A stretch of DNA of 64,000 nt, taken from Octopus bimaculoides. Lineage: Eukaryota. The translations under genes and the position numbers were made by a program. This document shows, in pieces, positions 1 through 12,096 of this stretch. Location: positions 7,636,070-7,700,069 of the forward strand of contig NC_068991.1 in the NCBI RefSeq assembly GCF_001194135.2, written 5' to 3'. Below the pieces are notes generated by a model. It was not told where the DNA came from. It saw nothing but the letters and a program-made list of their open reading frames with translations, and did no database searches. Each line of letters begins with the position of its first letter. Position 1 is the first letter of the stretch.

Positions 1-1825
1 ATTTTGTAATTTTTTTCGATTGTGTTCTCTGTTTCGTCCATTTTCTAATTTAATTTTCCCCCCCTAATCCATGCATTTGTTATAGAATCTAATTATAAGA
101 CTCTTATAAATGTTAATCATGACTGTATTGTGTGTCGAACGCCTGACACATCTCTCTGCGAAATATGTATCTGAGATCCACTTCATGTGCACAATTGCGA
201 AAATAAAATTATAATGTTGAAGTGAATCTAACGGGTTTTTTTTTTTTTTTTGTGTGTGTTCTCCAATTGCTTATAAACATCTTACACGCTGCAACTGTTT
301 TTGTTTCAGCACACGACCTTAGATCAAGTCACTTGCTGTGCAAGTACATCTCCGAAATTATTTTACTTCTACGAAAGTGAAACCGATGTAAACAAGGATC
401 GCTGCTTTGTGTGTGTGTTATTCACACAGCATTCAATCCTCACCGCTTTAATGTAGGAAAGTGTGTGTCGACTATAAATAGTAGATTAAAGGTTTCAAAA
501 ATGTGACGTATAAAAAGCTCCCAAAAAAGGATTTCTACTAGTCTTTTTTCTTTTAATACAGTCTATAGTATTTATATAAAAATTCCTCAGCACAAACACA
601 TTATACATGCAAGATTCACACAAATAAATACATACGCACATTTCGAGAGCTGATTGTTGTGGGTCGTAATTAAACACAGCATCGAGCCTTATAAAAATAA
701 AGAATTTTTATCAATCAATAACTATTTTCCCCATCTTTCTCGCTAATACGACTAGAAATTTTATGAACATTGATACTTTCCCATTTAAGAATAAGCGCAC
801 TACTTATGATTTATTTTTTTAATAATTATCATTATTAAATTAATCAGTGTCGTAATTAAGTACAGTAAATAGCTTGCAATACTGCTAATTAACTGACCAT
901 CATCATCTGTTTCGGGATTAAAGGTGTCTTTAGTTAATTGCTCAACCTGCTAGAAATAGCAACCAAATCTCTATCAAATTACAGTCAGATAGCCATACAA
1001 GAACGGAAAGGTCACGGTTAGAATCCTTTTTCTGCGCAAAGATTAAATTAGTCCACAAGGGAAGTATCAATATTCATAAAAAGAACAAAGTAAAACGATC
1101 AACAAACTATGTGGTACGATTGTAGGACAGGCAAAACACCATGGGAAAGACAAATGATGCCCTGAACAAATACCCACAATTAAAGCGCAAAAAAAAAAAA
1201 AAAAAAAAAAAGAGACGAAACCCTTTTCTGTAACCCTTGGGCTATAGATTTTCGACATCCATTCAGGTTTTTTTTAAAAATATTTTTCGAGCAAAATGAA
1301 AGTAATGTAATGTGTATCCATAAAAGAAAGAACGCTATAATATTTAGTAATCTTTCACTTTCTGTAATTATACTAAAGTAAAATCAAATACTTAATAAAT
1401 CACTAAGTGTTCTTATGAATATTCTTAATTATCTTAATTATAGCGTGTGTTGTTTTTTTTCAAATAACCGAAGGGATGTCCAACTTTACATTCAAAACAA
1501 TTTTTGGTGGCGAGGGATTGCCCTGCACACTTGCTGTGCTATATATATATATTTATATATATTATATTATATTACCATTGACCGTTGATTATATAGTTTT
1601 GGAATGTTTTAAGTGAAAACATGTGAAGACTAGAAGATCGTCCTTCCACTGATATTGAATGATTTTTTTTTGTTATATGCCTCTAACTTTTTTTTTTCTT
1701 CATAATTCCGTAAATGGACTTGAGTGGAATTTTGGGTTTTTTTGTTTACATATTTCACGATCGTTTAATATTTAGTTGTTGATTCAAAAGGGTCTTCTTG
1801 TGCTATTTACAGGTCTTTTGAAATC

Positions 1826-2332
1826 TCAGAAACCGTCTCCATAACAGCTCGTGAATGCAACCACAACAATGACAACAACAATTGCCACAGTGGTGGTGAG
1901 GACACCCATCACGAAAAAGAAGAACTTCTGCATGCTAAGCATCCTCACATAAGCTGAATCATAATGGTCCACGAACACAAGTAGTACTCCCATGACAAAC
2001 ATTAGGCTAAAAAAACAATTCCAGCTACAAAAATGAGATATCTTCTCTGGCAAACTTTTGTCCTTGAAATCTGAGTTTTTCGATTTGTCATTCTCAGAAT
2101 CTTGCGACTCTTTTTCTTTATCGGCCGTATCAAATTCATTTTGGCCCATATCTTCATTCATGTCGTAATCTGCAAAAGCATTGGGGTTGCTTTCTTCGTC
2201 GATCGAAAAAGTGTTTTCTTCTGGTTCGCTACCAAAATCTTCATAAAAATCCGAGCGGCCATACTGAGAGCCGTATCCTATGGGATTTCGTTGATGTAGA
2301 TAAGGATGATACTGATCTGTCATAAAATCCAT
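1826..2332 (-). CDS. Unrecognised 168-aa protein: acidic low-complexity N-terminal region followed by two predicted transmembrane segments
   Basis: The open frame is preceded on the - strand by a branch-like CTAAT and an acceptor ttacag| (exon starts 2344), so the likely start is ATG 2332 (MDFMTDQ...). It is more GC-rich than its flanks. The repeated FVMGVL motif is encoded with different synonymous codons. Candidate AATAAA on - at 810-815. Confidence 0.65.
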   Translation of the reverse strand: MDFMTDQYHPYLHQRNPIGYGSQYGRSDFYEDFGSEPEENTFSIDEESNPNAFADYDMNEDMGQNEFDTADKEKESQDSENDKSKNSDFKDKSLPEKISHFCSWNCFFSLMFVMGVLLVFVDHYDSAYVRMLSMQKFFFFVMGVLTTTVAIVVVIVVVAFTSCYGDGF

Positions 2333-3053
2333 CTCGAATTGTGGCTGTAATAGTAAAGGTTTGATCAAATATCAAACAATTAGCAATACAAAAATGTTTG
2401 TGTTAGAGAAATAAACCGTGTTATTTTGATGTTTACGGTGTCTTGAAATACGTCTCTTGTTTTATATATGACCGTTTAACCCCCTACCTCTCTTACTTTC
2501 CCTGTTTCGAAATTTCATCAATAAATATTGACATATTAAAATTTTTATACCGTTTCCATTTATTAATCACACCTCAAATTATATGTAAATGTTTACATTT
2601 GCTAAATGAAACTGCTAGGAAACTATATGAAAAGCTGTTGATTTCTATTGATTTAGAATCGAGGATTATATTTCTTGCTTAGAATTTGATATGCCGAGGA
2701 AATAATTTATCGAAGCTTCCAGCAGATTAAATAAATAAGTTAAATGAAATTATTTCTTTATGTGCAACATTAGAAACTAAATATGTTTAAAACTTTCTTT
2801 CAATGCATTTTATAAATTCTGATAAATCTCCCCCCCCCCTTCCTTTTGTGTGAGGTTCTGGTCAAACCTTATCGGGTAAACTTCACAGTACGATGGCAAT
2901 CATTAGTTAATCTACGATTAATATGCGATCCACAGATCTAGCGATTTAGATATATGATACCTCTGTTTAGTTAAGGACCCCGGAATGTAATAATTTATCA
3001 TAGGGTGCAGTGTGAGAATCCGAGTACGTGTTCCCTAATCTATTCATGTTTAC

Positions 3054-3164
3054 CTGCAGGTTTCAGTGAGGGTCACAATAGATGCGAACTACATAGACAC
3101 CGTTGAGCCTCCACGCGGTCACGCCCTGCTATGTCAGACTATTACCAACAACAACCTGTCCACT
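3054..3164 (-). other. Candidate non-coding 5' UTR exon of the 1826-2332 gene
   Basis: On the - strand, a pyrimidine tract ttttctctttctaag precedes it and CAG|GTAAAC (GT at 3053) follows it. All three frames contain stops. The start boundary is approximate. Confidence 0.3.
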
Positions 3165-3419
3165 TAGAAAGAGAAAAACCAATTTGGAGAATTTCATAGC
3201 TGTACTTTTATATTTACAATGGACAAATGAAAAGCTTTTATAACCAACAGAGATAATAACTACATATATACAACACGTATGTGTATGATACATATATAAT
3301 ACAAAACCACATTATAAAACAAATTCAAAACTGAAGAAAGCACAAACATGAGCGAAGAAAGAGAGAAAAAAAGAAAAGGAGGAAGAAAGGGAAAAAACAT
3401 CAATTCAACACCAAGTGTC

Positions 3420-4165
3420 TCAGTTAGTTGCGCTCCACAAGATTCTAGGGAACCTACTGAAGCAAGCCAACACACTCACAGTATTGTTGCAGGTAATGGC
3501 AAGGCTAAGGCATTGGAACAGCCAAACACCCCTAATGACATCAGCTGATGTCTCGGTAAGGTGAGCCTCCAATGATGTCAAGAACTCCACCATTAGTGGC
3601 CCAGCCCCTCTAAACATGACAAACACCACAGGCTGGAAGAAATGTTTCACTGACAAGTCCTGATACTTAAGGATTTTGTTTCTTTCAGTTACAGAAGCAG
3701 TGACCCTCCCATTTACTGCAGCATCCAGGATGTGGGAGGGAGCAAAGGAGCCACAGACTGTGATGTCTCAGATGAGGCATCTATCTCTTACCCAGAGACA
3801 AAGGGTAAGACCATCTGATCTCTTACCATCACCTCTGGATAATCTTGCTGGCTCCAGAACTGAGGGCATGTTAACCCAAGCCAGGGCTTGCTTAATGATT
3901 AAGTTTAGCTTGATGTGACGAGTGAAATGACCAGCATTTAGGCAGCAGACAGACTGAAAACCTGTGGCATCAAGGGACCTTCCACAGCAACATCTCAGTC
4001 CTCTACAGATGTCAGCTCCCACTCTGAGTGTAGTGAAGATACAGAGCTCATCCAGACTGAGTAAATCACCAATGTTGGCAACAGGCAGGGCACCAATCCA
4101 GTCCCCTGAGAATTTCACTCTTGCAGAAAGTAGGCAACACCTTGAAAATTGATGAGATTGCCGTT
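3420..4165 (-). mobile_element. Decayed 3' part of an RLE-type (CRE-like) non-LTR retrotransposon
   Basis: Translation SGDWIGALP...LRVG..CCCG..DATG...RHIKLN..IKQAL...EP..LSRGDGKRSDGLTL..W matches the zinc-knuckle plus KRPDG restriction-like endonuclease region. There is a W->TGA stop at 3768-3770 and a frameshift, then ...WLFQCLSLAITCNN. Confidence 0.75.
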
Positions 4166-5098
4166 TGTTAAATAATTTGAACCAAGGGATGGTGTTGAAA
4201 CTGAAATAATTTCATTGTAGTGGAGTAATTTTTGCCCTGTATTAACACACAAAACTGTTAAATGTGTATTTCATTTATCTCTTTTACTAATGGGTGTCTA
4301 CTGTTAAGTGTCAAAAAGTTTCTTTGCATTTCATTGTAGACTACTAAGAAGAAATAAGTGTTGAAAAATTTATCTCTGCCAGTGTTGTGGAAGGATTCCA
4401 ACCACTCACAAAGTGACTAAAAGTGGACTGACTCATTGTTGTAAAATAAAGAATTGTGAGTGATTGGCAAGCAGTTCACTGTGAGCCGTTGATTGAGAGC
4501 ATTAAGTCTCATGTAATAGTGATTGTATTGTGCTTCCACCTCCCCTCCCCCCTGCTTCGTTAAATTATATATCTAACACTAGGACATAAAAACTAGTCAT
4601 AGATCTTTTATTCCAATAGCTTCTTTCCTTGAACTGCTGCTCTCTGGAACTTACAACCATCTTTTTGTTTTCCTCTGGTCTATGATATTCTGTCCTTTAG
4701 ACTTTCTGTCAGCTGATAATTTTTGAATTTGTAGGCCCCCTTCTTTTCCTTCTTTAAAGTCCCTTACGCTACAGTGGCCTCAAACTTTGTTTAGGACAAA
4801 ATCATTAAAAAAAAAAACATTCTAGCAGAAAAAGAACAAGGAAAAAACAAGAAAGAGCAGGGGTGCCAGTTGAAGAGGAAGATCCACAGAACTTTGAATT
4901 AAAAGTTCTGAAGTGACACATGGTTCATGTTACTAAGCCAGGCTCACTGATGATAAAATAATATATATTACTGATAATTCATTGTAGTTACTAACAGTTT
5001 TTGTTTAGAAATGTATTTCACCAGAACTATCTTTCTTCATTCAATCATATTCTGAAAATATATTTTCAAAACTTCATAATAGTCACAGATGTGGTTAT

Positions 5099-5618
5099 AG
5101 GCGTAGGTGTGACTGTGTGATAAGAAGCTTGCTTCCCAATTACATAGTTCCTGATTCAGTCCCACTGTGTGGCACCTTGGGCAAGTGTCTTCTACTAAAG
5201 CCTCAGGCCAACCAAAACCTTGTGAGTGGATTTGGTGGATGGAAACTGAAAGAAGCCCTTCGTGTGTGTGTCCCCTCTACTACCACCACCATCACCACCT
5301 GACAATTGGTGTTGGTGCATTTACGTCCCCATTGCGGATGGAAACTGAAAGAAGCCCTTCGCGCATGTGTGTGTGTGTTTGTCTCCACCACCACCATCAC
5401 CACCACCACCACCACCACCACCTGACAACTGGTATTGGTGTATTTACGTTCCCATTACTTAGCAATTTGACGAAAAAGAACGATAGAATAACTACCAGCC
5501 TGAAAAAAATAAAATAAGTACTAGGGTCAATTCGTTCAACTAAATATCCTTCAAGGTGGTGTTCCAGCATGGCCACACTCTTCTGACGACTGAAGCGAGT
5601 AAAAGATAAAAGATAAAA
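5099..5618 (+). mobile_element. tRNA-derived SINE family A, full copy with an internal tandem duplication of about 100 bp
   Basis: A/B-box-like head, GGCACCTTGGGCAAGTGTC body and CCAGCATGGCC...AAAAGATAAAAGA tail shared with many copies in the window. Confidence 0.8.
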
Positions 5619-6120
5619 CTAATATGTCTTCCTTCTTTAAGTGGTACAAATGAGTTATTTCCCCTCAAATTCCACCAATATTACCATTAGGAAAATCAGA
5701 GAAAGAGAGAAACAGAAAATAAATGACGATAGAAAAATGCGTAATAAAACATAACTGAAACAGGTGGAAATTGTTAAATCAACAGGAAAAAGGAAAAGAG
5801 GTGAAAAAATTAGCAATGTGATAAGGAGAAGGAAAGTGCAAGAAGAAGGTGATATATAAGAATATATGAAAAAATGAAGGCAAAAAATAGTTAAGTGAAT
5901 CATGCACATTCTAAGATATCTGCATGAATTTGATTGCAGTTTGTCAGCTTTTTGCTCAGTTAGTCAAGTATGACCCAGATACACAACTGGATCATACTAT
6001 CATTGTTTGTGCAAGAAGCTTCAAGAATACGGAATTGTAATGTTAAAATAATATCAAGAAATTGATTTGCTATATCAGTATTATAAAAAAATGTAGTTTT
6101 AACAGCAACTTAATATCATT

Positions 6121-6169
<49 letters not shown>

Positions 6170-6258
6170 CAAATTTACAGAAAACAAAAGACGAAGATTG
6201 GTGATGGAACAACTCGCAGATGTATTAGTTTGACACTCAGGATGAAGGGAAACGTTTT

Positions 6259-6805
6259 NNNNNNNNNNNNNNNNNNNNNNNNNNNNNNNNNNNNNNNNNN
6301 NNNNNNNNNNNNNNNNNNNNNNNNNNNNNNNNNNNNNNNNNNNNNNNNNNNNNNNNNNNNNNNNNNNNNNNNNNNNNNNNNNNNNNNNNNNNNNNNNNNN
6401 NNNNNNNNNNNNNNNNNNNNNNNNNNNNNNNNNNNNNNNNNNNNNNNNNNNNNNNNNNNNNNNNNNNNNNNNNNNNNNNNNNNNNNNNNNNNNNNNNNNN
6501 NNNNNNNNNNNNNNNNNNNNNNNNNNNNNNNNNNNNNNNNNNNNNNNNNNNNNNNNNNNNNNNNNNNNNNNNNNNNNNNNNNNNNNNNNNNNNNNNNNNN
6601 NNNNNNNNNNNNNNNNNNNNNNNNNNNNNNNNNNNNNNNNNNNNNNNNNNNNNNNNNNNNNNNNNNNNNNNNNNNNNNNNNNNNNNNNNNNNNNNNNNNN
6701 NNNNNNNNNNNNNNNNNNNNNNNNNNNNNNNNNNNNNNNNNNNNNNNNNNNNNNNNNNNNNNNNNNNNNNNNNNNNNNNNNNNNNNNNNNNNNNNNNNNN
6801 NNNNN
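6259..6805. other. Assembly gap. Other gaps: 11216-11712, 24265-24303, 38792-39041, 41159-41168, 46351-46510, 49630-49956, 56519-56872, 59505-60210, 63192-63279
   Basis: Runs of N. Confidence 0.99.
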
Positions 6806-6982
6806 CAAAGGTTAATAAAAAATAAACACATGAAGATGCATGAAAACACTTCGCATTTCTATGAAGTTCATTAAATGCCATTTTATTTTTCTGTTTCAGG
6901 TAGTACCCACCATGGCCTGGAGTGGAGAGCTTCGTTTTTCCTTGTATCTTCATGTGTTTGTTGTTTTTTTTATTAACCTTTG
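6806..6982. repeat. Short inverted-repeat (MITE-like) element abutting a gap
   Basis: CAAAGGTTAATAAAAAATAAACACATGAAGAT at 6806 is inverted at 6946-6982. Confidence 0.5.
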
Positions 6983-7916
6983 AAATCAGGGCAACCTTTC
7001 TGCCGCACCCTAAATATATATGCACACGCGCGCACACTTATACACCCATACACACACACATACATTCATATACACATACATATGCCGTCGTCATCATCAT
7101 TATAATGTAACATGTTTTCTAATGCTGGTATGGGCTGGACGGTTTGACAGATTCTGGCTGGATTACCTTTCTAACACTAACCCCTTTCCTGGAATGTTTT
7201 TGCGTAATACCAGCAACTAGTAAGATCTAAAATATGCGCTTTCAGTTTTCCAAGTTCAAATTATTTCTCTTTCATTTAATCGCCGATTTTCATTGGCGAT
7301 TATCTTTTCCGTTTAATTCCATAGTTTCATATTACAACTTGAAGGCAGTGTGTTCTTGTGCGAAAGAAGTTATAAGTCTTCCTAAGTAATTGTATCCTAC
7401 GATAAAAACACCCATACAACTAAACGAAAATAAAACGAAACTACAAGTTTTCAATTTTGCTGGCACTTTTTCCAAGTAAAATATCAGTTGTTTATTATAT
7501 AAATATTATTTCCACCAACACTTTCTCAGAAACGATGTTGCGATGAACCAGGTAAGAGACTACCTCGTTGGTTCGTGAATTTACTAACTTAAACTTCCAT
7601 CAACATTTTAAACTTTAGTTATTTATGTATGTATATCTCAGGAAAAGACTACGTTTTTAAATGCTCCTAATATTTTCATTAACTCCTTTCGTTTTAAATG
7701 CGTACATTTTTTTGCTAAGTTACCTGTTCAAGTAATGTACGAAGCTATTTACATGTGTTTTGTAAATATTTTAAGTATTAAGGTTTAATTTTATTACATT
7801 AGCGGGGTAATTTTTTAGTTTAGGTTTCCGATTCCACCTTGTCGGTCAACAGCTATCACTAATTGGCGACCGATGAAGAAACACATACACACCTGTACAT
7901 GTGTGTGTGTGTATGT

Positions 7917-8008
7917 ATGACAAGAGGGGAGGCTGAAAAGTTCCTGGTGCTGGGTAAAAGAAAATACAGGTGGATCAGTTAATTATGATTTTATTTAACA
8001 TATTCCCC
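7917..8008 (+). mobile_element. Truncated copy of the Tc1/mariner-type MITE
   Basis: Matches the left end of the copies at 45552 and 60588 (GCTGAAAAGTTCCTGG...GGGTAAAAGAAAATACAGG). Confidence 0.65.
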
Positions 8009-8111
8009 TATATATATATATAAATTTTCAGAATGAGATAAAAATCCAAGGCTGTGAAAGATTTTAGAACATTTATAAATAGAAGGTCTTTCAGCTGTTT
8101 CCGGGATATTT

Positions 8112-8112
<1 letters not shown>

Positions 8113-8155
<43 letters not shown>

Positions 8156-8790
8156 AATTATTGTATACAGTGCTCAGGTGCACTACAACTTGTCAAAATT
8201 GCGTATAAAGCATATGCAGTATTGTACAAATGTCTGGAAAGTGAACAGTGTATGAGTCAGATACATGCTTGCGTGTGTATGGAAGGGAGAAAATCAGGTG
8301 TAGTGTTGGCGAATCTCAGGAAGAATGGAAGTTTTGAAGGATGCAGTGCTCCGACAACTAACAACTGATGCTGGCAGTTTGTTCCATTCTTCAGCAACTC
8401 TTAGTGTGAAAAAGTGTTTCCGAAAGTCATGGGAGCTGTGCTGTTTTCTGACTTTGTAAACATGTCCACGGGTGTTAGACAGGTGGAGTCTGAAAAGGTG
8501 CTCAGAGTTATTGTTAGTAAGATGGTTAATAATTTTATGGGCGTCTACCAAGTCTGCTGCCAGACGTCAGAGTTTCAATGTATCCATACTCAGGGAAGTA
8601 AGGCGTTCAGAATATGGCAAATGCCTGATGGAGGGTATTCTCTTGGTTACACGTCGCTGAACGGTTTCCAGACGATTAATATCCTGGGCAAGATAGGGGT
8701 TCCAGACCGGTGATGCAAATTCCAGGTGAGGTCGCACCATAGCTATATAAAGCCTCAGGTATCCCTTCATCGGAGACGGTGTGAGAAAAT
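8113..8790 (-). mobile_element. 5'-truncated CR1-clade LINE: RT C-terminus, 3' UTR and (ATT)n tail
   Basis: LYIAMVRPHLEFASPVWNPY...LETVQRRVTK...RGHVYK...FFTLRVAEEWNKLP. One in-frame TGA at 8567-8569 (probably from CGA). Ends in (AAT)n at 8113-8153 on the + strand. Confidence 0.9.
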
Positions 8791-9039
8791 GGTTAAGCAA
8801 TAGTTATTTTAGATAAGAAATGGAGAGTGAAGTAGAGGAATGAAAATAAACGTGAGATATGCAGGGATATTGCATCTGTAGATCCATTTTTTAGGCTGGA
8901 GCTTAACTATAGTCTGTCCATAGCACTTAATTGACACCTTTGGGTCTTATTGACACCATTACCTCTCATAACCTACATATATATATATTGTGCGTGTATT
9001 GGCCTCACTAATGCTTGTGACACAAAATAAGGGGGGGGG

Positions 9040-9197
9040 GTACCCACTACTGTAAAGCGGTTGGCTGTAGGTAGAGCATCCAGTTGTGGAAATTATGTCA
9101 AAGCAGAAACTAGAGCACGATGTAGTTTTTAGGCTCATTGGATCCTGTCGAACCGTCTAACCCATGCCAGCATGGAACATGAACGTTAAATGATGAT
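9040..9197 (+). mobile_element. Retroposon family C (LINE-3'-end-like, GAT tail), degenerate copy
   Basis: AACCCATGCCAGCATGGAA...GTTAAATGATGAT terminus shared by many copies. Confidence 0.7.
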
Positions 9198-10876
9198 ATG
9201 AATATGTGCGCGCGTAATTCGCTAATCGTTAATAGCTGTTGGCTGACGAACTGAAAGCATGGATATAAACTAAAAGATCACCTCCTAATGTAACGAAATA
9301 TGGGTGTGCGTGTGTACACGATGGTGTGTGTGTGTACGTGATAGTATGTCTGTCTGTTTGTGTTAACTTTCTATTTCATTCTGTTTAAATTGATTGACCT
9401 TCAAAGGGAAAATTAGAGAACGAAACTATTTAGTTTCATTCGAGGAAAACAGGGAAGTTAAATTATACAAAAGGTCGATTCCCCCCCCCCTTGTTTTTTA
9501 CAGGGCAGTCTTCGGATATTTTTTTAATATATTCTGGTACCTTTTTTGTTTCAGGGGTTCCCCAAAAGTGAAAGCTTAAAACTGCTTTACCGGTTAAACA
9601 GCACTCATATCCAGCTGATTGTTAATTGCAGGTCAATCAAAAGCTGCAACCAGAAAGAGATGGATGTGAAAAAAAAAAGACACGGTTCATTATCAAATGG
9701 TCGTACTACTAAAAAGGTCAACGTAATGTTTTGTTAGGCGTGCATTCAGAAAGTCCTGCGGGTCACAGTTTGTCCATGATTGATCTAGAACAGGGGTGGG
9801 GAAATTTTTTAATGCGGCGGGCAAAAATTTCCAGAAAAAAAAGTTCGCGGGCGAATCACAATCTGTGTAAATTTTGTATATATCTATGTATAATTCGATA
9901 TACATTAATAAAGAGTTTAACACATTAAATTAACACCTAACATCTTCATGAACGCCACCACTGAATTTAGGACGTTTATATTACTTGAGGTAGTCTATAT
10001 TTTTCAGCTAGAGTGTAGTTGGGTCTCAAGGGGGTGATACAAACCTAGCAATATGTGTTTTATAGAGAAAACAAAATTTCCATTCAATTGGGAATTGCCG
10101 GACTATTATCTGTTCAAGTCTAACCGTTTTAAGTCGAAGTGGGAACGCGACCTATGTCGCAAAGAGACATTGAAAAATTGACTATATTTTGTACAAACGA
10201 GTATACCAGCCTGCGGCCGCAGTTGCGCCTCCGTGTGGGGGTTCCCCACCCTTGGGTTAAATAGATTTCCCAGGGGTAGAAGTGACTCCCCTTATTTTTG
10301 ACAAAGCCATTGGGAAAACAGCTCTTCTAGGAGAAGGATACTCTTACATAAAACGTGCAGTCATTTTGCAATGCTTGTCACAAACCTAATATGACGACAA
10401 AGGGACTGGCAAAGGTGTTGTATAAAGGTTTTGTCAATTAAGATTTCATTTCTTCATACGTGCATGCATGCATGACAATGTTTTTACTATCAACGGGGCT
10501 TTATATCTTTGTTAGAAATCAGTCCCCTCCTTACAGGAGGTCTCCAAATAATTAAAAACAGAAGAGAAACGTACATACATGCATGTGTGCAGGGGAATGC
10601 CTTATTGATTCTAGCTACCTAACCCCATTTACAATATATTGAGCAACTTGAGACGATTTTAGAGGACACTTGCCCAAGATAGCGCGCAATGGTATCGTTC
10701 TTGTTTATGTATTTAATACAGGGAGTATAAAGTATGTTCATTCAAAATAATTACATGGCAAAGAAAAGAAAAATAAATCGCATGCACGGGAGATAACTCT
10801 GATCTCGTTTCGGTTTTATTATGACTTCATCATCGCCTGGCATAAACGTCACTGTACTTAAAGAAATAGTAAGAGA

Positions 10877-11192
10877 TAGTGAAGGCGCGTGGCTCACAGT
10901 CCTGAAGTAGTGAGTTCGATTCCCAGATCGGGCTGTGTGTTGTGTTCTTGAGCAAGACACTTTTATTTCACGTTGCTCCAGTTCACTCAACTGTAGAAAT
11001 GAGTTGCAACATCACTGGTGCCAAGTTGTATCAGCCTTTGCTTTTCCATTGTATAACATCAGTGGTGTGGAGAAGGGAGATTGGTATGCATTGGCGACTG
11101 CTGGTCTTCCATAAACAACCTTGCCTCGCAGGGTAACTTTGTAGGCGCACTCCCATGGTCATTCATGACCGAAGGAGGTCTTTACTCTTAAA
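10877..11192 (+). mobile_element. tRNA-derived SINE family E
   Basis: TGGCTCA A-box-like and GAGTTCGATTCC B-box, TTGAGCAAGACAC core. Related - strand copies at about 20950-21133 and 55260-55530. Confidence 0.7.
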
Positions 11193-11712
11193 AGACAATC
11201 ACTGAGTAAATGCCANNNNNNNNNNNNNNNNNNNNNNNNNNNNNNNNNNNNNNNNNNNNNNNNNNNNNNNNNNNNNNNNNNNNNNNNNNNNNNNNNNNNN
11301 NNNNNNNNNNNNNNNNNNNNNNNNNNNNNNNNNNNNNNNNNNNNNNNNNNNNNNNNNNNNNNNNNNNNNNNNNNNNNNNNNNNNNNNNNNNNNNNNNNNN
11401 NNNNNNNNNNNNNNNNNNNNNNNNNNNNNNNNNNNNNNNNNNNNNNNNNNNNNNNNNNNNNNNNNNNNNNNNNNNNNNNNNNNNNNNNNNNNNNNNNNNN
11501 NNNNNNNNNNNNNNNNNNNNNNNNNNNNNNNNNNNNNNNNNNNNNNNNNNNNNNNNNNNNNNNNNNNNNNNNNNNNNNNNNNNNNNNNNNNNNNNNNNNN
11601 NNNNNNNNNNNNNNNNNNNNNNNNNNNNNNNNNNNNNNNNNNNNNNNNNNNNNNNNNNNNNNNNNNNNNNNNNNNNNNNNNNNNNNNNNNNNNNNNNNNN
11701 NNNNNNNNNNNN

Positions 11713-11835
11713 CGATTAGATCGACCCCAGAACGCAACTGGTACTTAATTTATCGACCCCGAAAGGATGAAAGGCAAAATCGACCTCGGCGGAATTTGAA
11801 CTCAGAACGTAAAGATAGACGAAATACCGCTAAAT
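11713..11835 (-). mobile_element. tRNA-derived SINE family D, partial
   Basis: Reverse complement of TTCTGAGTTCAAATTCCGCCGAGGTCGA...GCCTTTCATCCTTTCGGGGTCGATAAATTAAGTACCAG. Confidence 0.8.
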
Positions 11836-12096
11836 TTCCAATTCGTGGACTTTTCCAGTGAAAATGTTATAGCTACGCAAAAACCTATTAAGCAAAGCCA
11901 TTATCCTTCTTTTGAAACTTTAATAAAGTATAGCAAATGTTCATTTTTTATTCTAAAACTCCTTTTAGATGATTAAGTACTGTCGTAGGATTGGTATTGA
12001 AATTTGGAAACAGGAATGTAGATGGAACGTCACTCTCACGGATTTATAGAAAAATATACCCCTAAGAAAAAAAATTCTTTTGCGCAATTTCTTAAG

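Noticed and set aside
5099-5180. tRNA genes
   Set aside because: The A/B-box-like segments are SINE heads continuing into SINE bodies, and no full cloverleaf was seen.
5167-5517. Poly-His ORF and similar ORFs rich in CV, HT or YI repeats
   Set aside because: They are translations of SINE and microsatellite sequence.
6890-6982. Acceptor followed by a perfect Kozak CCACCATGG
   Set aside because: It gives only a peptide of about 23 aa inside an inverted-repeat element, with no other support.
6062-7037. Long ORFs in the track spanning N-runs (also at about 11.2, 38.7, 46.3, 49.4 and 59.3-60.4 kb)
   Set aside because: They are artefacts of translating assembly gaps as X.
7529-7557. Plus-strand 22-nt micro-exon-like segment (ctcag|...CAG|GTAAGA)
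   Set aside because: It is isolated, with no partner exons or host gene identifiable.
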